From assembly GCA_011525385.1 (NCBI GenBank), contig WTGF01000121.1, positions 492 through 64,491 of the forward strand: a stretch of DNA of 64,000 nucleotides, read 5' to 3'. The position numbers and the translations under genes were made by a program. Source of the stretch: Chloroflexota bacterium. GTDB taxonomy: Bacteria; Chloroflexota; Anaerolineae; Aggregatilineales; Phototrophicaceae. Positions 28,708-38,896 of the stretch are shown one piece after another (position 1 is the stretch's first letter; each line of letters starts with the position of its first letter). A model generated the notes under the pieces. The model ran no database searches, was not told the DNA's origin, and saw only the letters and a list, made by a program, of their open reading frames with translations.

Positions 28708-29595
28708 CTAGCCAGCAAACTCCATGACCAGGCCGCCGTTCGCCAGCGTCAGCGCGTAAGATTGGCCGCCGAGCGTGCCCATTTGGATGTTGTCGATAAT
28801 GTCGGCCAATATGACCTCCCACTTGTAGACTTGGAAGGCGACGGCCGAGTCACCGGCCAGGTCGGCTTGGCTGGCCTGGGTGCCGAACCAGCGCGCGCCA
28901 TTCTCGCTACCGACAGCGATTGCGCCAACCACCATCTGCGCCGTGCCGGTCAAGATATCCGCGCCATTGGCGATATGGGTCTCCGCCGCCTCTGTCGCCA
29001 GCGGGACATCGCTGAACGACTGGATATAGACGACATTGACGGTGGCATCGGCGTTGGAAGCCGCGACCCCGTCCACAAAGCCATCGACATAGAGCTTGGC
29101 GTCGCCCACTTCAATGGGACCGACTACGCCGATGACGTTGGATTCGGTCATCAACCCCGCCATCACGCCGTTGACAAAACCGCCCTCATCTGACGCAGCG
29201 GTATAAGCAAAGACGTTATCCAGCCCGAATGTTTCTTCATCTGTGCCCCAGGCGAAGGAGACCTCGGAGAATTCCGCCGCCAGTTCCTCAACGACCGAAC
29301 CGAACTGAGAACCGTGCGCGATCACCAGATCGTAATCGCCCGACGCCGCCCATTCACGCAGCGCCACCGCCGCGTCGTCGACGATGAAAGTGCCATCCTG
29401 GAAGTCGAACTGGAAGGCGTCTTCACCCATCTGAGCCTGTATCGCCATCAGCCCGTCATACATGCTCTGGCTGAAGGCGAGGTCGTTTGTCGCGCTGGGG
29501 GCTACCGCTGCCACACGAAAGACATCTTGCGCCATACTCGGCATCACCCCGATAAACAGGGCGAGAATCAGGGTAAGAAGTAATGCTTTTCTCAT
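28708..29595 (-). CDS. BMP family (PnrA/Med-like) ABC transporter substrate-binding protein, copy 1
   Basis: Signal peptide, then a BMP-like sequence (AHGSQFG, GVVGPIEVGD). AAGGAG upstream of the ATG. Paralog of the next gene. Confidence 0.85.
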   Translation of the reverse strand: MRKALLLTLILALFIGVMPSMAQDVFRVAAVAPSATNDLAFSQSMYDGLMAIQAQMGEDAFQFDFQDGTFIVDDAAVALREWAASGDYDLVIAHGSQFGSVVEELAAEFSEVSFAWGTDEETFGLDNVFAYTAASDEGGFVNGVMAGLMTESNVIGVVGPIEVGDAKLYVDGFVDGVAASNADATVNVVYIQSFSDVPLATEAAETHIANGADILTGTAQMVVGAIAVGSENGARWFGTQASQADLAGDSAVAFQVYKWEVILADIIDNIQMGTLGGQSYALTLANGGLVMEFAG

Positions 29596-29690
29596 CGTTA
29601 CTTTCTCCTTAATTGGATAGTTGACTTTAATCCGGACGAAATCGCCCGTGAATAAACTATGTTATAGCGAGTGGCGACCCTTTGTAAATA

Positions 29691-30728
29691 TCAGTCCTCG
29701 CTATCTTCCCCGTCGTCTTCATCCTCGCTCTCCTCCGCCATGTCATCCTCCATCGCGGGGATCGGCGCGATCTCGCCAGATACGATACCGGCGATAGTTT
29801 CTTCCGCCACTGCCATCAATTCGTCGCTGATCTCGAAGTCCTTGTCGAATTCCATCACCAGGCCTTCGTTCTCCAGCGTCAGCACATAATACTCGCCGCC
29901 CAGAATACCTTCGCCGATTTTGCTGATCATATCCAGCAGCAGCACTTCCCATTTGTAAATCTGGAAGGCGACGCCGATATCCCCGGATAGCTCGTCCTGG
30001 CTGGAATCGGAGCCAAACCAGAGCACATCGTTTTCCAGGGCGGCGGCGATGGGACCAACAACCATTTGCGCGGTGCCGGTCAAAATATCCGCGCCGTTCG
30101 CGATATGCGTCTCCGCGGCTTCAGTCGCCAGCGGCACATCGCTGAAGGAGCCGATGAAAACGATGTTGACGTCGATATCCGGGTCGACAGAAGCCACGCC
30201 GTTGGCGAAGCCGTCCGCATAAAGTTTGCCGTCGCCGACTTCAATGGGTCCGACCAGGCCAATCACGCGCGATTCGGTAAGATGCGCGGCCAGCACGCCG
30301 TTGAAATAGCCGCCTTCATCGGAAGCGGCGGCGTAGCTGTATACGTTGTCCATGCCGAAGGTATCTTGTCGCGTCCCCCAGGCGAAAGAAACATCGGGGA
30401 ACTCGCTGGCCAATTCCTCGACAATCGGACCGTATTGCGAACCATGCGCGATCACCAATTGATAGTCGCCGGAAGCCGCCCAATCGCGCAAGGCGACCGC
30501 GGCGTCATCCACGATGTAGGTGCTGTCTTGCACGTCAAACTGAAAGGCCTCCTCGCCCAATTCGTTCTGCACAGCCACCAGGCCGTCATACATGCTCTGG
30601 CTGAAGGCCAGATCGTTGATCGCGCTTGGCATCAAGGCCGCCACACGGAAAACGGCGTCCTGCGCCAGGGAGGCAGTCCCCGCCCAAGCCAGGAGGAAAA
30701 CAAGGATTATCAGGTATCGCTTTTTCAT
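29691..30728 (-). CDS. BMP family ABC transporter substrate-binding protein, copy 2, with polyacidic C-terminal tail
   Basis: Long stretches near-identical to copy 1 (DLAFSQSMYDGL, FSDVPLATEAAETHIANGADILTGTAQMVVG). Extra C-terminal region of about 50 aa ending EDDMAEESEDEDDGEDSED. Confidence 0.85.
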   Translation of the reverse strand: MKKRYLIILVFLLAWAGTASLAQDAVFRVAALMPSAINDLAFSQSMYDGLVAVQNELGEEAFQFDVQDSTYIVDDAAVALRDWAASGDYQLVIAHGSQYGPIVEELASEFPDVSFAWGTRQDTFGMDNVYSYAAASDEGGYFNGVLAAHLTESRVIGLVGPIEVGDGKLYADGFANGVASVDPDIDVNIVFIGSFSDVPLATEAAETHIANGADILTGTAQMVVGPIAAALENDVLWFGSDSSQDELSGDIGVAFQIYKWEVLLLDMISKIGEGILGGEYYVLTLENEGLVMEFDKDFEISDELMAVAEETIAGIVSGEIAPIPAMEDDMAEESEDEDDGEDSED

Positions 30729-30790
30729 GATCTTCCCTCAATTGATCTAGTTTTCAAGAAACGCGCAGGCCAATATAGACCTGTGAGCGC

Positions 30791-31741
30791 CTATTCTCCG
30801 CGTTCGTAGGGCTTGGTCAAGGCGGTGGGCTGTTCTTGCCGCTTGGAGGCGAAAACCAGCGCGATGATAGTAATCACGTAGGGCGCCATGACCGCGAATT
30901 CCGACGGGATATCCAGACCGATCACCTTGATCTGCAACTGCAAGGCATTGACGAAACTGAAGAGCATGGCGCCGGCCGCCACCGCCCAGGGACGCCAGCC
31001 GCCGAAATAGACCAAGGCAACCGCGATGAAGCCTTGGCCAGCCGTCAGGTTTTGCTGAAACAGATTGATCAGCGCGATTGACAGCGAGGCACCGGCCAAG
31101 CCCGCCAACATGCCGCCGATGGTCGTCGTGGCATAGCGCACTCTTGCCACGCTGACGCCCATGGCATCGGCGGCTTCGGGATTCTGCCCCACGGCGCGGA
31201 TCATCAAGCCAAAGGTCGTCCGGTTGAGCACAAAGGACGAAATCGGCACCAGCGCGAATGCGACATAAACCAGCAAATTGTGGTGAAAGAAGATCTCGCC
31301 CAGCACAGGTATATCCGACAGGATCGGGAAGGTGATGCGCGGGAAGCCGCTGACCGATTTCGGCGTTCCCACCCATTGCTGGAACAATAGCTCGCTCAAG
31401 CCCAGTCCAAAGAGATAAACGCCGATGCCGCTGATGCCTTGCTTTGCCTTTAGCGTCACGCTGACGAAGGCCATGGCCAAGCCCATCAAGCCGCCGACGA
31501 TCAAGGCGATCAATACGCCGAAGAGCAAACTGAGCGGCTCGCTCAGGCTTCCTTCCTGCTGGGTGATAAACACGGCATAAAAGCCGGTGAAGGCGCCCAT
31601 CAGCATCATGCCGTCGACGCCGAGGTTGAGTACGCCGCTGCGTTGCGCGAAGGTCTCGCCCAGCGCCGCGAAGATATAGGGGGTGGCCAGCCGAATCGCC
31701 GAGGCGAATACGCTGGCGGTGAAAATGGCGTCGAGTTCCAT
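30791..31741 (-). CDS. ABC transporter permease (BMP/nucleoside-type, YufQ-like)
   Basis: 316-aa polytopic membrane protein. Its ATG shares position 31741 with the upstream permease stop. The overlapping 350-aa track ORF is in another frame and Arg/Gly-rich. Confidence 0.85.
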   Translation of the reverse strand: MELDAIFTASVFASAIRLATPYIFAALGETFAQRSGVLNLGVDGMMLMGAFTGFYAVFITQQEGSLSEPLSLLFGVLIALIVGGLMGLAMAFVSVTLKAKQGISGIGVYLFGLGLSELLFQQWVGTPKSVSGFPRITFPILSDIPVLGEIFFHHNLLVYVAFALVPISSFVLNRTTFGLMIRAVGQNPEAADAMGVSVARVRYATTTIGGMLAGLAGASLSIALINLFQQNLTAGQGFIAVALVYFGGWRPWAVAAGAMLFSFVNALQLQIKVIGLDIPSEFAVMAPYVITIIALVFASKRQEQPTALTKPYERGE

Positions 31742-32982
31742 CAGCCGCTTCCCTCGTCCGGCGACGCGCGATCAGCAGGTTTGCCCCCGCCCGAACCAAG
31801 ATTGTCCGGCGTTTCCTGCAAGCTCACCCGCCGCTTGCTGCGCTGCAAGATGAAGATTTCGCTGCTGACGACAAAGACCACGATCAAGCCGTTCACCGCA
31901 GTGATCAAGGAAGCGGGCACGCCTAGTTCGCGCTGCATCTTCTGCGCGCCCACCAGCAGCCCACCAAAAAAGGCCGCTGCCGGGATTGCTCCAATGGGAT
32001 TGAGCCCGCCGAAGAGCGCCGCCACAATGCCGTTAAAGCCGGCAGCGCCGGTGAAGCCGGCCGGCGATCCGTCGGTTTGCAAGCGATATTGCAGTCCGAG
32101 GACCTGCACGACGCCCGCCAAACCAGCGAACCCGCCCGCCAGGAACATGGAGAACATCATCTGCCGCTTGACGTTGATGCCAGCGTAGCTCGAAGCGCGC
32201 TGGTTTTCCCCAACGGCGCGGATCCGATATCCCAGCGACGTGCGCCACAGGAAAATGTAAATGATCACCGCCAGCACGATGGCGATGATCAACCCCCAGT
32301 GCAAGCGCGTTCGCGCGAAGAGATGCGGATCGCCGATCGGCAGCGACAAGCGCGGCAACTGCGCGGCGGTGACCAGCCGCGCGGTCTTGGGAATATTGTT
32401 GATGCCCGCCTCGGCCGGATCGAGCAGAATGCCGTTGAGCAGGAAATTCATCATCTGCACGGCGATCTGATTGAGCATGATGGTGCTCAGAATTTCATTG
32501 ACATCAAAATAGGCTTTCAGGAAACCGGCCAATCCACCATAGAGCGCGCCTGCCAAAAAGCCGCCAACCAGTGAGCAAGTAACGATGATGAGATCAAATG
32601 CGCCTTTTTCCTTCGCTAACTCGGGCGGAATGCGCATTTCTCCCATAATTAGCGCGACGGTTACGCCCGCTAGAGCCCCGGCGATCATTTGGCCTTCGCC
32701 GCCGATGTTGATCATGCCGCCGCGGAAAGCGATGGTGATGCCGATGCCGACGAAGAGAATCGGCGTCGCCTTGACCAGCGTTTCGGCGGCGGCGTTTTCC
32801 TTGCCGGCAGCGCCTTCCCACATGGCGGCATAGGCTTCCAGCGGGTTGGCATTCAGCGCCAGCAGTAAAACCGAAGCCACAACCAGCGCCAGCACCAAAG
32901 CGACAATCACTGGTGAAAAGTCTACAAGTCGGTTTAAGCGCGAAAACCAGGCGCTTCTCGCGAATCCGGATTTTTGATTCAA
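31741..32982 (-). CDS. ABC transporter permease (BMP/nucleoside-type, YufP-like)
   Basis: 413-aa polytopic membrane protein, first gene of the operon. TTG start at 32982, because the next in-frame Met would remove the first helix. C-terminal soluble tail. Confidence 0.82.
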   Translation of the reverse strand: MNQKSGFARSAWFSRLNRLVDFSPVIVALVLALVVASVLLLALNANPLEAYAAMWEGAAGKENAAAETLVKATPILFVGIGITIAFRGGMINIGGEGQMIAGALAGVTVALIMGEMRIPPELAKEKGAFDLIIVTCSLVGGFLAGALYGGLAGFLKAYFDVNEILSTIMLNQIAVQMMNFLLNGILLDPAEAGINNIPKTARLVTAAQLPRLSLPIGDPHLFARTRLHWGLIIAIVLAVIIYIFLWRTSLGYRIRAVGENQRASSYAGINVKRQMMFSMFLAGGFAGLAGVVQVLGLQYRLQTDGSPAGFTGAAGFNGIVAALFGGLNPIGAIPAAAFFGGLLVGAQKMQRELGVPASLITAVNGLIVVFVVSSEIFILQRSKRRVSLQETPDNLGSGGGKPADRASPDEGSG

Positions 32983-33167
32983 CGTGTCACTGTCTCACTT
33001 GCCCAATGGTTCCTGTGACGCTCCCTAGCGCATCGGAAAAGATGTTGTTCAAAGTAAACCGAGCATAGTATGCCAAGTTTTGCTAATTTCTACAAATTCT
33101 TGCCAGGAATCGGTCGCGCTTCGTTATAATTGGCGTGATCCTTATGGAGTGACAGCGTCATTCGCCT

Positions 33168-35261
33168 ATGGACAGTTTCCCGACATATGAACGCGACGGT
33201 TTCAGGTACGGTCCCGGAAGACCACGTCCCTTCGGGGCGACCGTCATGGCGGGAGGCGTCAATTTTTCTGCTTTTTCCAATCACGCGAGCGCTTGCGCGC
33301 TCGTCCTCTTCGACAAAGGCGCCGAATTGCCGCTTGTGGAAATCCCTTTTCCCGATGCTTTCCGAACCGGTGATGTCTTTGCCATGATCGTCTTCGACCT
33401 GGATCACAGCCAGATCGAGTATGGCTTCCGCTTTGACGGTCCCTACGATCCGGCGCAGGGACATCGCTTTGACGCCCGGAATATTTTGCTGGACCCATAT
33501 GCCAAACGAATTGGCGGGCGGGATGTCTGGGGGGGAGGATATGACTGGGGCAACCCCTACCCCTACCGCGCCCGGCCTCATGTCGAGGACTTCCAATGGG
33601 AAGGCGACCGTCAACTCAACATCCCCATGGAAGATCTGGTCGTTTACGAAATGCACGTTCGCGGCTTTACCGCCCATCCTTCCGCGCAGGTGGAAGCGCC
33701 GGGCACCTATGCCGCGATCATAGAGAAGATCCCTTATCTCAAGGAACTTGGGGTCAACTGCATCGAGTTGATGCCTATCTTTGAGTTCGATGAGCTCGCT
33801 AATGATCGCGTCAATCCACAGACCGGCGAGCGACTGATGAATTACTGGGGCTACAACCCGATCGGCTTTTTCGCGCCTAACGCAGCTTACGCGGCTTCCG
33901 GCGAGCCGGCTCGGGAGTTAAAGACGCTGGTCAAGGGTTGCCATCAGAACGGCATTGAGGTCTGGCTTGATGTGGTTTTCAATCACACCGCCGAGGGCAA
34001 CGACGACGGGCCTACCATTTCTTATCGCGGCATCGACAACAAGACTTACTATCTGCTGAAACCCGACGGCGGTTATTACAATTTCAGCGGCACTGGCAAT
34101 ACCTTTAACTGCAATCATCCCATTGTTCGCGTATTGCTGCTGGACTGCCTGCGCTATTGGGTGTCGGAGTTTCACATTGATGGCTTTCGCTTCGACCTGG
34201 CATCCAGCCTGGGCCGCGATCCGCAGGGGGTGCCCGATCCCAACCCGCCTCTGCTGGAGGTATTGGCATACGATCCCATGTTGGCGCAGACCAAGCTGAT
34301 CGCCGAGGCCTGGGACGCCGGCGGCTTGTATCAAGTGGGCAGCTTCCCGGCTTATGGGCGCTGGGCCGAGTGGAACGGCAGATACCGCGATGACATCCGC
34401 CGCTTCGTCAAAGGCGACGGCGGCATGCTGGGCGCCATGGCCGCGCGGATACAAGGCTCGCCCGATATCTACGGCGATCGCGGCCCGCGGGCGTCGGTCA
34501 ATTTCGTGACCGCGCACGATGGCTTCACCTTGCGCGACCTGGTCTCCTACAATCACAAACATAATGAAGCCAATGGCGAAGACAACCGCGATGGCATGGA
34601 CGAGAACTTCAGTTGGAATTGCGGCGCCGAAGGCGAAACCGAAGATGAGGCAATCAAAGGCTTGCGCGAAAGGCAGATCAAGAACTTCCTCACCTTGTTG
34701 ATGGTCAGCCAAGGCGTGCCAATGCTGTTGATGGGCGACGAAATCGGGCATAGCAAAGGCGGCAACAACAATAGCTATTGCCACGATAGCGCGCTCAACT
34801 GGTTCGATTGGCAAGCCCTGCGTACCGAAGCTCCGCTGTTTCGCTTCACGCGACACTTGATCGCATTCCGCAAGGCGCATCCGGCCTTGCGGCGCCGTTC
34901 CTATTTTCATCATCGCGATATAGTCAATTCGGGCTATCGCGATATCTCCTTTCACGGCGCAAAACTTTGGCAGCCGGATTGGTCCTATGACGGACGGCAA
35001 CTGGCCTGCTTGCTTTGCGGGAAGCATTGCCGCGAAGGCACGGAAGCGGACGATATGATCTACATCGTGATGAACGCCCATTGGGAGACCGCCTGGTTCG
35101 ATCTGCCGCCGCTGAACGCGCGCAGGAGATGGCGCGTGGCTGTCAACACGGCGCTGCGCTCGCCCGAGGACAGCCACGCGCCCGGTCAGGAACCCGTCCT
35201 GCCGAACCAGGGGGAAATCACAGTCGGTCCGCGCTCGGTGATGATCCTGGTCGGGACTTAG
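33168..35261 (+). CDS. glgX: glycogen debranching enzyme (isoamylase-type, GH13)
   Basis: GH13 conserved regions DVVFNHT, GFRFDLAS, EAWD and FVTAHDGFTL. 697 aa. Confidence 0.92.
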   Translation: MDSFPTYERDGFRYGPGRPRPFGATVMAGGVNFSAFSNHASACALVLFDKGAELPLVEIPFPDAFRTGDVFAMIVFDLDHSQIEYGFRFDGPYDPAQGHRFDARNILLDPYAKRIGGRDVWGGGYDWGNPYPYRARPHVEDFQWEGDRQLNIPMEDLVVYEMHVRGFTAHPSAQVEAPGTYAAIIEKIPYLKELGVNCIELMPIFEFDELANDRVNPQTGERLMNYWGYNPIGFFAPNAAYAASGEPARELKTLVKGCHQNGIEVWLDVVFNHTAEGNDDGPTISYRGIDNKTYYLLKPDGGYYNFSGTGNTFNCNHPIVRVLLLDCLRYWVSEFHIDGFRFDLASSLGRDPQGVPDPNPPLLEVLAYDPMLAQTKLIAEAWDAGGLYQVGSFPAYGRWAEWNGRYRDDIRRFVKGDGGMLGAMAARIQGSPDIYGDRGPRASVNFVTAHDGFTLRDLVSYNHKHNEANGEDNRDGMDENFSWNCGAEGETEDEAIKGLRERQIKNFLTLLMVSQGVPMLLMGDEIGHSKGGNNNSYCHDSALNWFDWQALRTEAPLFRFTRHLIAFRKAHPALRRRSYFHHRDIVNSGYRDISFHGAKLWQPDWSYDGRQLACLLCGKHCREGTEADDMIYIVMNAHWETAWFDLPPLNARRRWRVAVNTALRSPEDSHAPGQEPVLPNQGEITVGPRSVMILVGT

Positions 35262-35298
35262 TTATGGTTTGAGAATCAGCAAGGAGCAACAGCGCGGC

Positions 35299-37923
35299 AT
35301 GGCCAAAATCAAGCGGATTTATCTGATCAGCAATACCCATACCGATATCGGTTATACCGATCATCAGGACACCGTTTTTCGCCAGCATCTCGGCTTCATC
35401 GACCAAGCTATCGAACTGGGCGAGGCCACAGCCGACTATCCGGAAGAGGCGCGCTATAAGTGGACCTGCGAGGTGACCTCCTTCGTTGAACGCTATTTTC
35501 AGGAGCGTCCGGCCCGCCAGATCGACCGCTTCCTGGCATTGCACCAGCGCGGTCAGATGGCGGTCGCCGGCATGCAGTATCACTGGACGCCGCTGCTCTC
35601 GACGGCGGCGATGCTGCGTTCGCTGCTGCCGGTGCGGCGCCTGCGCGAGGACTATGGTCTCAAGATCAGCGCGGGCATGCAATGCGACGTCAACGGCGTC
35701 AGTTGGCTCTGGGCGGATCTGCTGCCGTCCATCGGCATCAACACCTTGACCATGTCAATCAACATGCACCGGGGCCGCCGTCCCGAACCAGACTTGAATG
35801 CCTTCTGGTGGCGGGGACCGGGCGGCGGACGGCTATTGACATTCAACGGTCCGCATTATCTCTATGGCATATTCCGCTATGGCTTAAGCGACATGAACTT
35901 CGTCGACGACTTGCTGCCGTCGCAGCTCGCCAAACTCGAAGCGCGTGACGATTATCCCTACGATTTCCTCTATGCCCAGATCACGCATCCGGCGCGCGTG
36001 GACAACGGACCGCCGCTGGCGCATATGTCCGATTTCGTGCGGGACTGGAACGCTAACGGACGCCAACCTCGGCTCATTTTCACCACGCTGGACGGCTTTG
36101 CCGACATGCTGCACAAGGAATATGGCGATCAGCTTTTCACATGGTCCGGCGATTGGTCCGATTGGTGGGCTGACGGCGTCGGGTCCTCGATTTATGAGAC
36201 CAGCCTCAACCGTCAAACGGAAGAACTGCTGCCGCTCTTGGATCTGCTGGCGGCGCAGGTCGACAGCCTCAATCGCGATCTTGTTGAAGAAGCCTATCAT
36301 CTGGTGTCGCTCTACGACGAGCATACCTGGGGGGCTTTCAGCAGCATCCGCCGGCCACACTCGCCCTTTGCCCGCGCCCAATACAATCGCAAAGCCAGCT
36401 ACGCCTATGGCGGATACGGGCTCACACATGAATTGCTGGCGGATGGCGGCCGCAGACTCGCCACCGAGATCACGGCAAAGACGCCGGAAGGCGATACCTG
36501 GCGTCGCTGGGGACAATACATCAGCGCCGACCCGGCAGATGAACCGGACAATTATCGCTACCTGGCACTGAATCCATTGGGTTGGGATCGACATCTGCGT
36601 TATCCAGTGCCGCCGGATATGGGCGGCGCGCCGCCACACGGCATGCTGGAGATGTTCCTGGTCGGCAATTACCGCGAAGCGCCGCCGCTGATTACCGATC
36701 CCGCCAGCGACACGATGATTGACCTTTCCTTGCCCGCTTTCGGTTACGCGACCGTCGCGCCGCGGACGATCCCAACCGACGCGGACACCCTCCTCGGCGA
36801 GGGACTCATCGAAAATGCCTGGTATCGCTTGCGGATTGATCCCGCCTCTGGCGGCTTGCTGAGTTGGTATGACAAGGAACTGGGGCGCGAATTGGTCAAG
36901 GGTGATGACCCTTGGCGTTTTGGACAGTACGTCTACGAATGGGTCGATCATCCCGATGACCGGCGAGCCATCTTCGCGCTGGATTTTGACCGCGAAGATT
37001 TTGGGGTGCGCCATGCCGATACGCCCTTCCGGCGCAGTGGTCCAACGGCAGTCGAGATCATGCCCGCGGGGCGTCTGCACGACCGCGTACAGATCGAGGC
37101 GCGTATGCAAGCGAAGGGCGCTCGCTCGCTAAAGGTTCGCTACAGCCTGCCCTTCCACGAAAAGACGCTGCAGCTTGAGATGCTGGTCGACAAGACCTTC
37201 AATACCCTAGCGGAGGCCGTCTACATTCCCTTCCCGATCGCGATTGAGCAGCCGTCTTTTCATCTTGATCTCAACGGCGTACCTCTGGAACCGGAACGCG
37301 AGCAGTTGCCCGGCTCCTGCCGGGACTGGTATGGTATTCATCGCTGGGCGCAGGTGGGCGACGAGTCGCTTTCGGTGACCCTTGTACCGATTGACTCGCC
37401 CCTGATTCAAGTGGGCGGCATCACCACCGGACGCTGGGCGGAGGAATTGGACAGCAGCCGCGCGACGCTGGTGTCCTGGGCATTGCACAATCACTGGGAT
37501 ACCAATTTCAAAGCCAGCCAGGGCGAAGATACCTTGCTGCGCTATCGTCTCACATCGACAACAAAATACGATCCGAGGGCGTCGAGCCGCTTTGCTATGA
37601 ACAGTACCGTTCCGCCGCTGATCGTGCGTGTGCCGGGCGCCGAACTGGGCGCTAGTGGAACGTTCCTGACCTGCGATCCGCAAGGACAGTGCGAGATTCA
37701 ACTCAAAGTCGCGGCCGATGGACGAGGCTTGATCCTTCATGCCTATAACCTAGGTATGGATGAGGTAGCGCAAACGCTGACCTTCCCGCTGCAAAACATC
37801 GCTGAGGCATGGCAAACTACGCCAATTGAAGTCGACCAAGAAGCGCTCCCCATTCGCGACAAGTCGATAACGCTGACTGTGCCTTCACGATCCGTCTCTT
37901 GCGCGCGCGTCCTCTTTAAGTGA
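35299..37923 (+). CDS. GH38-like glycoside hydrolase (alpha-mannosidase-like)
   Basis: N-terminal metal-site-like ISNTHTDIGYTD, and a GQMAVAGMQYHWTPLL block resembling the GH38 N-terminal domain. ATG 35299 preferred (AAGGAG at 35281) over the TTG track start 35269. Family call made by eye only. Confidence 0.6.
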   Translation: MAKIKRIYLISNTHTDIGYTDHQDTVFRQHLGFIDQAIELGEATADYPEEARYKWTCEVTSFVERYFQERPARQIDRFLALHQRGQMAVAGMQYHWTPLLSTAAMLRSLLPVRRLREDYGLKISAGMQCDVNGVSWLWADLLPSIGINTLTMSINMHRGRRPEPDLNAFWWRGPGGGRLLTFNGPHYLYGIFRYGLSDMNFVDDLLPSQLAKLEARDDYPYDFLYAQITHPARVDNGPPLAHMSDFVRDWNANGRQPRLIFTTLDGFADMLHKEYGDQLFTWSGDWSDWWADGVGSSIYETSLNRQTEELLPLLDLLAAQVDSLNRDLVEEAYHLVSLYDEHTWGAFSSIRRPHSPFARAQYNRKASYAYGGYGLTHELLADGGRRLATEITAKTPEGDTWRRWGQYISADPADEPDNYRYLALNPLGWDRHLRYPVPPDMGGAPPHGMLEMFLVGNYREAPPLITDPASDTMIDLSLPAFGYATVAPRTIPTDADTLLGEGLIENAWYRLRIDPASGGLLSWYDKELGRELVKGDDPWRFGQYVYEWVDHPDDRRAIFALDFDREDFGVRHADTPFRRSGPTAVEIMPAGRLHDRVQIEARMQAKGARSLKVRYSLPFHEKTLQLEMLVDKTFNTLAEAVYIPFPIAIEQPSFHLDLNGVPLEPEREQLPGSCRDWYGIHRWAQVGDESLSVTLVPIDSPLIQVGGITTGRWAEELDSSRATLVSWALHNHWDTNFKASQGEDTLLRYRLTSTTKYDPRASSRFAMNSTVPPLIVRVPGAELGASGTFLTCDPQGQCEIQLKVAADGRGLILHAYNLGMDEVAQTLTFPLQNIAEAWQTTPIEVDQEALPIRDKSITLTVPSRSVSCARVLFK

Positions 37924-37972
37924 TTGGAAAACTGTTAGCACTGCTGTGGAACGACCAACCAGGAGGAGAGAA

Positions 37973-38737
37973 GTGACAGACATGCTAGAAGGCAAAACGG
38001 CATTGGTAACCGGCGCGGCCGGTGATTTGGGCAGTGCTATGGCGCGGCATTTGGCGGCGAATGGCGCGTATGTCGTCCTGTGGGATATCAAGTCCGCCGA
38101 CGAAGCTCAATCGGCGCTGGACCAAACCAGGCTTCATAACGGGCACGCGGCCTATCAGCAGGTGGACGTGCGCGATCGCGCGGCCGTAGATGGCGCCATT
38201 GCCGCGTTGCCCGCCCTCGATATCGTCTGTTCCAACGCCGGCATCGTCGATGCCCAGCCCTTCCTGGAAGTGACGCAAGACAACTGGCAAAATCACCTCG
38301 ATATCAACCTGACCGGCTGCTTCAACGTCTGTCAGGCCGCCGCGCGGAAAATGGTCGCCGCCGGAAGCGCCGGACGCATCATCCTGACGTCGAGCTGGGT
38401 TGGCAGCATCCCCTGGCCCGAAATCACACCCTATGCCGTCAGCAAAGCCGGGGTCAATATGCTGGTCAAGCAGATGGCGCGGGAACTGGCTGGGCACCGG
38501 ATTCTGGTCAATGCCGTCGCGCCGGGGATCGTGGCGGCGGGACTGGCCGGGCGTCAACTGCGCGAAGAACCGCAATACGCCGCGCGGGTGGCCAAGGTCA
38601 TTCCGCTGGTTGAGCCGGGCAGTCCCGAAGAAATCGCCGAGGCGGTGGTTTATCTGGCCGGTCCGCAGACGGCCTACATGACCGGCAGTATCTTAACGCT
38701 GGACGGAGGCTGTTCGCTATTTCAGTTTGACGCCTGA
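37973..38737 (+). CDS. SDR family oxidoreductase
   Basis: TGAAGDLGSA cofactor motif and YAVSKAG catalytic motif. GTG 37973 lies 6 nt after AGGAGG. ATG 37982 is an alternative start. Confidence 0.88.
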   Translation: MTDMLEGKTALVTGAAGDLGSAMARHLAANGAYVVLWDIKSADEAQSALDQTRLHNGHAAYQQVDVRDRAAVDGAIAALPALDIVCSNAGIVDAQPFLEVTQDNWQNHLDINLTGCFNVCQAAARKMVAAGSAGRIILTSSWVGSIPWPEITPYAVSKAGVNMLVKQMARELAGHRILVNAVAPGIVAAGLAGRQLREEPQYAARVAKVIPLVEPGSPEEIAEAVVYLAGPQTAYMTGSILTLDGGCSLFQFDA

Positions 38738-38769
38738 TTTTTTTCGCCCGGATCCCTCGCTGGCCAGGG

Positions 38770-38801
38770 CTTGGTGTCCTTCGTGTCTCTTATTTGATGA
38801 A
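38770..38801 (+). repeat. Solo, degenerate right-arm copy of the repeat family
   Basis: CTTGGTGTCCTTCGTGTCTCTTATTTGATGAA, 33 nt downstream of the SDR stop. Confidence 0.5.
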
Positions 38802-38896
38802 CCGCGATCTGCGGTAGCCGAGCAAGTTTATTATTCTGTGTTAGCGCGGTAGCCCAAATTCGCCGGTTACGCGCCTAGCGGCTGTGGTGAGATCTG

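Noticed and set aside
30747-31799. 350-aa minus-strand ORF overlapping the 316-aa permease ORF in another frame
   Set aside because: The product is Arg/Gly/His-rich and not membrane-like. The 30791-31741 frame gives a proper polytopic permease coupled to its neighbour.
33527-33570. G8 tract and GGGGCAACCCC mini-hairpin inside glgX
   Set aside because: It lacks the T(A/C)AATC core and the C-tract/loop/G-tract layout of the in-frame element family, so it is probably ordinary coding sequence (WGGGYDWGNPYPY).
33918-37110. 419-aa and 408-aa minus-strand ORFs opposite glgX and the GH38-like gene
   Set aside because: They are shadow ORFs. The plus strand carries the GH13 conserved regions and a GH38-like N-terminus.
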